From the NCBI GenBank assembly GCA_038063755.1, contig JBBTUL010000013.1, forward strand, positions 12,876-76,875: DNA of 64,000 nt. Reading direction: 5' to 3'. The notes under the pieces were generated by a model, which was not told the origin of the DNA, made no database searches, and saw nothing but the letters and a program-made list of their open reading frames with translations. Positions 18,842 to 26,763 of the stretch are shown here, one piece after another. The DNA is from Patescibacteria group bacterium (GTDB lineage: Bacteria > Patescibacteriota > Minisyncoccia > UBA6257 > 2-01-FULL-56-20). Numbering within the stretch: position 1 is the stretch's first letter; every line of letters begins with the position of its first letter. The position numbers and the translations under genes were made by a program.

Positions 18842-20591
18842 ACATGAACCGCGAAGCTGTTTCTTTCTGCAATTTTTCTATGAGCGACTCGAGAGAAAGC
18901 ACTCCATCCTGCCCTCGCTTATAATGCCGGACACTTACGCTTCTTGCCAGCTCTTCTTTTTCGCCGACAACGAGCACATAGGGGATCTTCTTCATTTCTG
19001 CCCCGCGGATTCGTTTTCCGAGAGTTTCGTCGGCACCGCCAAGCTCAACACGGAATCCAGCCCTCTCAATTTCAAGCTTTAAGGTTTCCGCATATTGAGA
19101 GAATTTGTCGCTGACCGGAAGAATAACAACTTGTGTCGGCGCAAGCCAAAGCGGAAACGCTCCGGCGAGGTGTTCAATAAGAACCGCGAGGAATCGCTCG
19201 ATGGACCCCATGATTGCGGCGTGGATCATGACGATGCGCTCGATCTTCCCGCTTTCGTTTATGCATGAAAGATCAAACCGTTCTGGCATGTTCATGTCAA
19301 GCTGAATGGTTGCCATTTGCCACTCGCGACCGATAGCGTCTTTTGCCATAAAATCGAGCTTTGGCCCATAGAATGCCGCCTCACCAACCCCTTCAATCCA
19401 ATCTATCTTTTTTTCGGTAACGATTTCGCGAAGAACTCCCTCGGCTTTCGCCCAGAGCTTTTTGTCGCCGAGGTATTTTTCAGGCTGTTTCGGATCGTGG
19501 GTTGAAAGTCGTACCTGAAGGTCGAATCCGAAAACCGGATAGAATTCGTATACGATATCCCAAATTTTCAGAAACTCTTCTTTCGCCTGTGCCATGCGGC
19601 AGAAGACGTGTGCATCGTCTTGAGCAAAAGCCCGGACGCGGGAGAGGCCAGAGAGTTCGCCGCTTTGTTCATCTCGATAGCAGGTGGTGGTGTTGGCGTA
19701 TCTTTGGGGCAATTCGCGATAACTCCATTTTTTTCGTGCAAAAATCTGGGTATGATGTGGGCAGTTCATCGGCTTCATCGCGAATTCATGACCTTCGCGT
19801 GTTTCGATCCGAAAAAGATCGTCTTTGTATTTTTCCCAATGGCCGCTCTTTTCATATAACTCTTTCTTGGTGATGTGGGGGATCTCAACGCGGTCGTATC
19901 CTCGCGCCCTGCGGAGTTGCCAGACAAAATCATCCAGGAGATTTCGGAGGATGGTGCCCTTGGGAGTCCAGAGCGGAAGTCCAGGGCCAACGAGATCCGA
20001 GAAAACAAAAAGATCGAGCTCGGGGCCAAGTTTTTTGTGATCCCGCTTCTTGGCTTCTTCTACCATCTTGATGTGTGCGTCAAGTTCCTCTCTTGTCTCA
20101 AAGGCCAGACCGTAAATTCGGGTAAGCATTTTATTTTTCTCACTTCCACGCCAATAGGCTCCAGCGATGCGTTCCAGCTTGAACGTCTCCGGATTTATAC
20201 TCTGCATATTATCCGCATGGCCGCCCTTGCACAGATCGATAAAATCACCGGAGGTGTAGAAGGTTATGGTTTTGCCATCACCAGCGAATTCGTCTATGAG
20301 TTCAGACTTGTATTTGTTCCACGCAAAAACTTTTTTTGCCTCATCTACGGAAACCTCTCGCCTTGAAAACTCTTTCCAAGAGGCCATTTTTTCTCGCATC
20401 TTCGCTTCTATTTTCGGGAAATCTTCTTCGGATATTGGCTGCGGGAGGTCAAAATCTTGATAAAATCCGTTTTCGATGGAGGGGCCAATTGCGTTTTGGG
20501 CTCCGGGGAAAAGATCGATGACGGATGATGCGAGCAAATGAGCAAGTGAGTGGCGAATTCCGTCGAGCGAGTGAGAGTTTTGTTTTGACAT
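18840..20591 (-). CDS. thrS: Threonine-tRNA ligase (short form, no N-terminal TGS domain)
   Basis: RHSLAHLL, DLCKGGH, GAYWRG, RDHKKLG, KPMNCPHH, AAFYGPKLD, IHAAIMGSIERF. Confidence 0.97.
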   Translation of the reverse strand: MSKQNSHSLDGIRHSLAHLLASSVIDLFPGAQNAIGPSIENGFYQDFDLPQPISEEDFPKIEAKMREKMASWKEFSRREVSVDEAKKVFAWNKYKSELIDEFAGDGKTITFYTSGDFIDLCKGGHADNMQSINPETFKLERIAGAYWRGSEKNKMLTRIYGLAFETREELDAHIKMVEEAKKRDHKKLGPELDLFVFSDLVGPGLPLWTPKGTILRNLLDDFVWQLRRARGYDRVEIPHITKKELYEKSGHWEKYKDDLFRIETREGHEFAMKPMNCPHHTQIFARKKWSYRELPQRYANTTTCYRDEQSGELSGLSRVRAFAQDDAHVFCRMAQAKEEFLKIWDIVYEFYPVFGFDLQVRLSTHDPKQPEKYLGDKKLWAKAEGVLREIVTEKKIDWIEGVGEAAFYGPKLDFMAKDAIGREWQMATIQLDMNMPERFDLSCINESGKIERIVMIHAAIMGSIERFLAVLIEHLAGAFPLWLAPTQVVILPVSDKFSQYAETLKLEIERAGFRVELGGADETLGKRIRGAEMKKIPYVLVVGEKEELARSVSVRHYKRGQDGVLSLESLIEKLQKETASRFM

Positions 20592-20645
20592 GAGATTAAT
20601 GATTAGTATTTTCATTATAAGCGATTTTCTTTGAAAGAAGAATTG

Positions 20646-20673
20646 CGGGGCTTGCGTTTTTGCGCAAGCCCCG
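20646..20673 (-). terminator. Hairpin/terminator between orphan pair and thrS
   Basis: 11-bp stem CGGGGCTTGCG/CGCAAGCCCCG; minus-strand tail CAATTCTTCTTT is an imperfect U-tract. Confidence 0.6.
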
Positions 20674-20687
20674 ACCAGATAGGAGTG

Positions 20688-20957
20688 TTAGCAGGCGCTT
20701 CGAAGAAGATGATGCGAGCGGTTCCCGCACGAGCTACAGACGTCGATCATCAAGCGATCAAAGCCGCCGCCCTCAGCCTGCAGATTTCCGGCACCGCACT
20801 TCGGGCAGCGAGCGGTGTTTCCGTTGAATGGGCGGGGGCGCTGTACGGAAGCGCAGAGATCTTTATTCCCGCAAAACGCCGTGGTTTCGGCAGAATGAAC
20901 ACGTAGGTTTTCCCCGCACGCACAACACTGGACTCCAGTTTCTTGCGGTTTGTTCAT
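20688..20957 (-). CDS. Small Cys-rich double zinc-ribbon protein
   Basis: CCACG, CGNKDLC, CPKCG, CSSCG knuckles in 89 aa. Confidence 0.65.
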   Translation of the reverse strand: MNKPQETGVQCCACGENLRVHSAETTAFCGNKDLCASVQRPRPFNGNTARCPKCGAGNLQAEGGGFDRLMIDVCSSCGNRSHHLLRSAC

Positions 20958-20988
20958 CTGCTTTCTTCGCGGTTTGTGGAACGAAGCG

Positions 20989-21471
20989 CTACGGACAGCC
21001 GCCAAATCCACTGAAGTCATGCGGTTGCTTCTCTCCTTTAAAGATCGCTTCCATCGAAAGACTTCCGAGGGCGATGGGAATGCTCACGAGAAAGCACGCA
21101 AATTCAACTATCGGGTCCGCCATCCTGACCGAGCGCTGCAACTCCGCGCCCATCGAAAGACAATAGCTGCGACGTTCGGGAATCTCCATACGCTCAATGT
21201 GTAGCGATGGAGCGGGTTCGATTCCAGCAACCATGAAACATATTCGCAGATAAACAATATACACCTGGAGGGCTTCCGGATTTCCGATCGTTTGAATCAA
21301 ATGCGACAGACCGCTCACAAAGGACTGCAGTTTTTGCTTTTGTTCGTCAGGCTTAAGTAAGCGAATATTATCTGCAAGCTTTCGTGCATTTTTCGCAATT
21401 TGGCTTTCGTAGATACACTCTGCCATCTGGTCGATGTTGTTCTCGTCCACCCAGGCGCGACCGTTCTGCAT
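20989..21471 (-). CDS. Hypothetical protein, possible C-terminal TM
   Basis: AAAGGAG SD 6 nt before ATG 21471; 160 aa. Confidence 0.65.
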   Translation of the reverse strand: MQNGRAWVDENNIDQMAECIYESQIAKNARKLADNIRLLKPDEQKQKLQSFVSGLSHLIQTIGNPEALQVYIVYLRICFMVAGIEPAPSLHIERMEIPERRSYCLSMGAELQRSVRMADPIVEFACFLVSIPIALGSLSMEAIFKGEKQPHDFSGFGGCP

Positions 21472-21480
21472 GGCGACTCC

Positions 21481-21573
21481 TTTTAAAAGAACAACCCCCT
21501 CGTGGATCCGAGGGGGTTTCTTGATGCACGATTCGTACAATCCTACGCCAAGAGACACCCTCGAATGGGGGTC
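21481..21573 (-). promoter_or_regulatory. Transcription attenuator (antiterminator/terminator) with boxA-like tail
   Basis: Terminator stem 21493-21518 (10 bp); alternative helix with 16 of 18 pairs formed with the leader 3' end; tail GTTCTTTTAAAA. Confidence 0.7.
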
Positions 21574-21614
21574 GTCATCGTTGCGTTGGTGGTTGTTGAA
21601 CGATACTGCAGCAT
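21543..21614 (-). CDS. Putative Thr-rich leader peptide MLQYRSTTTNATMTTPIRGCLLA
   Basis: 23-codon ORF with 6 Thr, starts just after TGcTATATC, stop immediately follows the antiterminator 5' strand. Confidence 0.6.
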   Translation of the reverse strand: MLQYRSTTTNATMTTPIRGCLLA

Positions 21615-21695
21615 CTTTTTTTAAGATATAGCATACCGACATCCCGACGCGCAAGTCACCTTTTCCTCCCGTGGTGCATGCGGTATGATAACTTC

Positions 21696-22991
21696 ATGCT
21701 GGACATTAAGTTTATACGAGAAAATCCCGATGTAATAAAGGATGTTGCGGTAAAAAAGGGGATCGATCCTGGACTTGTCGATCAGCTTCTTGGTGTAGAT
21801 TCGACTCGGCGAGAATTCATCCAACTACATGACGAATTTCGTTCGGCACAGAAAAAGGCGACGAACAGAGAAGAAGGAGCCGGGCTGAAAGAAAAAATAA
21901 AAACGCTCGAAGCAGATCCAAAATATGCCGGTATCGAGGAGCGGTTTAATCGGTTGGCGGTGATGATGCCGAGTATAATATCTCCCGATACGCCCATTGG
22001 AAAAAGTGATGCGGATAATAAAGAAGTTTATAGCTGGGGCGAACCAAGAAAGTTTTCATTTACGCCAAAAGACCATATTCAACTTGGCAAAGACCTCGAC
22101 ATCCTTGATCTTGAAAGAGGAACCAAGGTGGGAGGATTTCGCGGGTACTATGTAAAAAACGATGGCGTGCTCCTTGTGATGGGCATCATGCTCTACGCAA
22201 TCCACAAAATGGTAAAGAGGGGATATGCTCCGATGATCCCACCTACCCTCGTAAAGGAATTCGCGCTTTTTGGGAGCGGATATTTCAAGGGACTGGAATA
22301 TGATCCTGGCGTTGACGAAATATATCAGGTTGCTACACCTGACAAGGAATTAACCGGAGAAGTGAGCAGGGAAAAGAAGTTTTTGGTTGGAACCGCCGAA
22401 CCGTCGCTTCTTGCCTACTATTCTGGAGAGATACTTAAAATCGAAGATCTTCCGCTTAAGATGTGCGGATATAGCCAGTGCTACCGGAGCGAAATAGGGA
22501 GCTACGGGAAAGAGGTGAAAGGCATATATCGGGTGCACGAATTTATGAAGGTTGAGCAGGTTGTCTTTGCAGAAGCAGACATCGAAAAATCAAACAAGAT
22601 TCAAGAAGAGATGACGGGGATTTCTGGAGAGATGCACGAAGAGATGGGGCTCCCGTATCGGCGGCTTCAGATTTGCTCTGGAGATATGAGTCCGGGGAAG
22701 TATCGTGCATTTGACCTTGAAGCATGGTTGCCAGGAATGAACCGATGGGCAGAAACCGGTTCGGCAAGTAACTTTCTTGATTGGCAGGCGCGGAGGTTGA
22801 ACGTGAAGTACGTCGACAAAAAAGGGGAGAAAAAATTTGTTTACATGCTGAACAACACCGCCCTGCCGAGTCCTCGAGTTTTTATCGCAATTCTTGAAAA
22901 TTATCAGAACGAAAAAGGAGAGGTCGAAATTCCGGAAGTCCTGCAGCCCTATGTCGGCAAAAAAATTATTTCCTCCGAGAACCTGGGTTGA
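21696..22991 (+). CDS. serS: Serine-tRNA ligase
   Basis: MLDIKFIREN, LVGTAE, CYRSEIGS, IYRVHEF.KVE, DLEAW, LNNT. Confidence 0.96.
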   Translation: MLDIKFIRENPDVIKDVAVKKGIDPGLVDQLLGVDSTRREFIQLHDEFRSAQKKATNREEGAGLKEKIKTLEADPKYAGIEERFNRLAVMMPSIISPDTPIGKSDADNKEVYSWGEPRKFSFTPKDHIQLGKDLDILDLERGTKVGGFRGYYVKNDGVLLVMGIMLYAIHKMVKRGYAPMIPPTLVKEFALFGSGYFKGLEYDPGVDEIYQVATPDKELTGEVSREKKFLVGTAEPSLLAYYSGEILKIEDLPLKMCGYSQCYRSEIGSYGKEVKGIYRVHEFMKVEQVVFAEADIEKSNKIQEEMTGISGEMHEEMGLPYRRLQICSGDMSPGKYRAFDLEAWLPGMNRWAETGSASNFLDWQARRLNVKYVDKKGEKKFVYMLNNTALPSPRVFIAILENYQNEKGEVEIPEVLQPYVGKKIISSENLG

Positions 22992-24087
22992 GATATCGCG
23001 CGCGGCTCTCCGCGCGAACATCCGAACCTTCCGAAAGCTCATCGGCCCGAAGGTGAAGTTGTGGTCTGTTGTAAAATCGAATGCTTATGGACACGGTATT
23101 TTCGATTTTGCGAAGATTGCAGAGAAGGAAGGGGTAGATGGGTTTTGCGTAGACTCGCTTGTTGAGGCGGTACACCTTCGCGATCAAAACATTAAAAATC
23201 ATATTTTTGTTCTTGGTTCAACATTGCCCGAGCTTTTCGAGGTTGCTGCAGTACAAGACATCACGCTCAGCCTTTCCACATTAGAAGACCTAAAAGCATT
23301 CTATCGCGCGAAGGAGCGTCCGGCGTTTCACCTAAAGCTCGATACCGGCATGCACCGACGAGGCTTTGTGAAAAAAGACCTACCACAAGTTCTCAAAATT
23401 CTTCGAGAGCAGAAAAAGAAATTCGAGCCAAACCTTCGGGGCATTTATACCCACTTTGCCGCGGCGAAAGATCGTGCATATCCTGGTTTTGCTGAAGAGC
23501 AGTATGTGTGTTTTGAAGCGATGAAGCAGAGATTCCAGTCTCTTTTTCCGGGAATGATGACGCATGTGGCTGCAACGGGTGGCACAATGCTTGGAGATCG
23601 TTATCATCGAGATGCGGTCCGAGTCGGCATGGGACTTTACGGATATCACGCTTCCGCCGAACTTGAAGCTCAACTACCACAGATCGTCCTTCAGCCGGTC
23701 CTTTCATGGAAGACTATTATCACCGAAGTTAAAGAAATTCGCGCCGGAGATTACGTTGGTTATAACCTTACGGAGCGTTTGCGCCGCGCGACACGCATTG
23801 CAATACTCCCAGTCGGTTATTGGAACGGCTTTCCGGTTGCGCTTTCAAGGGTTGGCGAGGTTGCCATCCGAGGAAGGCGTGCGCGGGTATTGGGCCGCGT
23901 TTCCATGGACATTGTCGTGGTCGACGCGACGGGTATCCCATGTCGAGTGGGCGATATCGTGACCCTCATCGGTTCCGACGGAAAGGAGCATATTGACGCC
24001 TTAGAGATCGCTTCCCGCATGCCTGCTACGCATCATTATGAAGTTTTGACGCGCCTGAATCCTCTTATGGAGCGGCGCGTGGTATAG
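22951..24087 (+). CDS. alr: Alanine racemase
   Basis: VVKSNAYGHG PLP lysine, HLKLDTGMHRRG, THFA, VRVG, GRVSMD. Confidence 0.95.
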   Translation: MSAKKLFPPRTWVEISRAALRANIRTFRKLIGPKVKLWSVVKSNAYGHGIFDFAKIAEKEGVDGFCVDSLVEAVHLRDQNIKNHIFVLGSTLPELFEVAAVQDITLSLSTLEDLKAFYRAKERPAFHLKLDTGMHRRGFVKKDLPQVLKILREQKKKFEPNLRGIYTHFAAAKDRAYPGFAEEQYVCFEAMKQRFQSLFPGMMTHVAATGGTMLGDRYHRDAVRVGMGLYGYHASAELEAQLPQIVLQPVLSWKTIITEVKEIRAGDYVGYNLTERLRRATRIAILPVGYWNGFPVALSRVGEVAIRGRRARVLGRVSMDIVVVDATGIPCRVGDIVTLIGSDGKEHIDALEIASRMPATHHYEVLTRLNPLMERRVV

Positions 24088-24097
24088 AATTAGTGAT

Positions 24098-24910
24098 ATG
24101 CATGACGTTCGAGATGTAAGCGATATTGCTCTGAGGCGAAGGCGGGCAAGGCAATTCGGTTTCTTTATTTTTTTTCTCCTTTTTATTTTTTTTCTTGTTC
24201 TTTCTTTTGGATGGATCGTGTTGCGATCAGGCGTTTTTTGGGCGAAAACCATAAAAATTTCCGGAAACAGCATCGTTTCAGAAGAGCAAGTAAGCTCGCT
24301 GCTTAAAGCAAAAATTTTCAAAGATTCGTTTGGGCGCCATGTTTTTGGATACCGCAATATGCTAATTTGGCCGAAAGAACTTTCGGGTGATGACCTAAGG
24401 CTGTTACCACAGGTAAAAAAAATAAGTATCAATGTTTCCTATGCGCGCCGAGAAATCGCCATTCAAGTTGAAGAAAGGGAGCGATTTGGTATTTGGTGTT
24501 TCGTTCTCGAAGAAGGCGATCGATCGTGCTGGTGGTTTGATCATGAAGGTTTTACGACCGAGCGAACCACAGGATCAGCCGGAGGATTGATTCTTGTGAT
24601 ACAGGATTATTCAGAGACGCCGAAGCTTTACGGCGGCTCCTACGTCCGTTCGGGAGAAACTTTTTCGAATCTGCTTTCGGTTTTACGATTCCTTCGGGGA
24701 ATGGATGCTGGCATCGAGGAGATCGCTGTCGACAAAGATGCCCTTGAAGAAGTTCGCGCAACGATGGCGGAGGGCCCGACGCTTTACTTCAGTCTAAGAT
24801 TCCCGCTCGTGGGTGGCGAGGCTGCAATTGCTTCGCTTAGAGAAAAGACCGGCTTTACGAAGCTAACCTCCGTCGATTTTCGAGTTCAAAATAGGGTGTA
24901 TTATAAATAA
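24098..24910 (+). CDS. FtsQ/DivIB-like cell division protein
   Basis: Basic N-terminus, single TM, POTRA-like IKISGN, VEER, C-terminal VDFR..NRVYYK. Confidence 0.7.
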   Translation: MHDVRDVSDIALRRRRARQFGFFIFFLLFIFFLVLSFGWIVLRSGVFWAKTIKISGNSIVSEEQVSSLLKAKIFKDSFGRHVFGYRNMLIWPKELSGDDLRLLPQVKKISINVSYARREIAIQVEERERFGIWCFVLEEGDRSCWWFDHEGFTTERTTGSAGGLILVIQDYSETPKLYGGSYVRSGETFSNLLSVLRFLRGMDAGIEEIAVDKDALEEVRATMAEGPTLYFSLRFPLVGGEAAIASLREKTGFTKLTSVDFRVQNRVYYK

Positions 24911-25024
24911 GCTTGGCGGGTGCCGTTGATACGTAGGTGGTGGATGGACTGGTTGCGGCGACTTCGCACGGGCGAAAAAAACAAAACAGAGGATTCACGA
25001 TCCGATCGGAATAAACAACCCCTC

Positions 25025-26731
25025 ATGAGCCAAGAGACAAAACAGTGCAAAAGCTGCCATCAGGACTTCACCATTGAGCCTGCCGACTTCGATTTCTACA
25101 GGAAAATAGGAGTTCCACCTCCGACGTGGTGTCCGGAGTGCCGACTCAAAAGAAGGCTCATCTGGTTAAACACGTTTGTTCTCTATAAGCGCCCTTGCGA
25201 TCTTTGTAAAAAGCTCGTGATGTCGGTGTATGCTCCCGATGCGCCCTATGTTGTGTATTGTCCGTCGTGCTGGTGGTCTGATGCATGGGATCAGCATGAG
25301 CACGCCCTAGACTATAACCCAACAAAAACATTCTTCGAGCAGTTTGGGGATTTACTTCACAAAACTCCCGTCATAGGACTTTCTCTCGACATTTTGACCT
25401 CGAAAGAGTCCCCATATACAAGCAATTCCGGGAACCTGCGAAATTGCTATCTGCTTTACCATTCAAATGACGACGAAGATTCCGCTTACAGCTTTTATGT
25501 CGAGCATTGCAAGGCGCTTTTCGATTGCGCAATGTGCATACAGTCCGAACGCTTATACGACTCAATGCATTCGTGGAAGTGTAACAATTGCGTCGGGTCG
25601 AGAAGTTATGTGATAGAGTCGCTTGACAGCGCATTCCTGAAAGACTGTTCAAATTGTACGAATTGTTTTATGTGCGCGAGTCTCAAAAATAAAAAATATT
25701 GTTTCAAGAACCAGCAGCTTTCTAAGGAAGAATATTTGAACGAGCGAAAGAAATATGATCTCGGGTCCTATGGCGGCTATCAAAAAGCGGCGAAAGAGGC
25801 AGAAGAGTTTTGGAATACCCAAATTCCAAAAGCAGAATTTGGCGATCGAGCTGTCGCGTGCAGCGGTACGCAGATTTACGAATCAAAAAATGTGAGAGAT
25901 TCGTTTCAGGTAAATCAAGGGGAGGACTGCCGGTTCATCCAAATGATTTCAGATGGTACAAACAGCGACCTCTATGACGTTACGTCTTGGGGAGACGGCC
26001 TTTCCGATTCTTACGACTCAATGCTTTGCGGAACGCAGAGTTCGGGTATTAAGTTTTCCGAGGAGTGCGGGATTGGTTGTATTGATCTGGAGTATTGCAA
26101 AATCGTAGTAGGAAGCTCTCATTGTTTCGGATGTGTCGGTATGAAAAAAGCGCAATATTGTATTTTGAATAAGCAGTATCCAAAAGAAGAGTACGAGCAG
26201 CTAGTCTTGAAAATTAAAGAAGACATGAAAAAGAATCCATTCCGAGACCGAAGGGGAAGAGCGTATGGATACGGAGAATTTTTTCCATCTGATTTTTCTC
26301 CGCACGCCTATAACGAAGCGTTTATTCAAAACTTTTTTCCGCTTTCGCAGGAAGAAGCCGAAAGAGAGGGATATCCGTGGAGGAAGATTTTACAGAGCGA
26401 GCACAAAACGACGATTACCGCGAGCGGCATTCCAGATCATGTCAAAGACGTTTCAGACGAGATTCTAAAAGAGATTATCGGATGCGATTCATGCGGCCGT
26501 GGATTTATGATAATTGAAATGGAGCTTGCGTACTTGCGGCGGGAGAACCTTCCAGTGCCAAGGAGATGCCCATTTTGCCGCACGAGCGAGAAAGTGGGGC
26601 TATGGATCAAAAACATGGAACAGCACGAGCGAACTTGTTTTCGTTGCGAAGCGAAGTTTCTCTCGAAATACACCACGGAAGAGTTTGAGCGTCTTTTGTG
26701 TAAACGCTGTTATGCAGCCGAGGCGGCATAA
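25025..26731 (+). CDS. CPR-type large Cys-rich protein (zinc ribbons flanking a short-repeat solenoid)
   Basis: CKSC, PPTWCPECR, CDLC, YCPSCWWSD, NCFMC.SL..KKYC, GYGEFFP, CPFCR, CKRCY. Confidence 0.8.
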   Translation: MSQETKQCKSCHQDFTIEPADFDFYRKIGVPPPTWCPECRLKRRLIWLNTFVLYKRPCDLCKKLVMSVYAPDAPYVVYCPSCWWSDAWDQHEHALDYNPTKTFFEQFGDLLHKTPVIGLSLDILTSKESPYTSNSGNLRNCYLLYHSNDDEDSAYSFYVEHCKALFDCAMCIQSERLYDSMHSWKCNNCVGSRSYVIESLDSAFLKDCSNCTNCFMCASLKNKKYCFKNQQLSKEEYLNERKKYDLGSYGGYQKAAKEAEEFWNTQIPKAEFGDRAVACSGTQIYESKNVRDSFQVNQGEDCRFIQMISDGTNSDLYDVTSWGDGLSDSYDSMLCGTQSSGIKFSEECGIGCIDLEYCKIVVGSSHCFGCVGMKKAQYCILNKQYPKEEYEQLVLKIKEDMKKNPFRDRRGRAYGYGEFFPSDFSPHAYNEAFIQNFFPLSQEEAEREGYPWRKILQSEHKTTITASGIPDHVKDVSDEILKEIIGCDSCGRGFMIIEMELAYLRRENLPVPRRCPFCRTSEKVGLWIKNMEQHERTCFRCEAKFLSKYTTEEFERLLCKRCYAAEAA

Positions 26732-26762
26732 AAAACTTCCCGCTTTGGGCGGGAAGTTTTTT
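26731..26762. terminator. Bidirectional terminator
   Basis: AAAAACTTCCCGC/GCGGGAAGTTTTT. Confidence 0.85.
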
Positions 26763-26763
26763 A

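Noticed and set aside
21472-21654. N-terminal extension of ORF 20989..21654
   Set aside because: Runs through promoter, leader and terminator; the SD supports a start at 21471
24911-25024. Possible ncRNA or N-terminal extension before the Cys-rich gene
   Set aside because: No convincing structure or family motif; the family-like sequence begins at 25025
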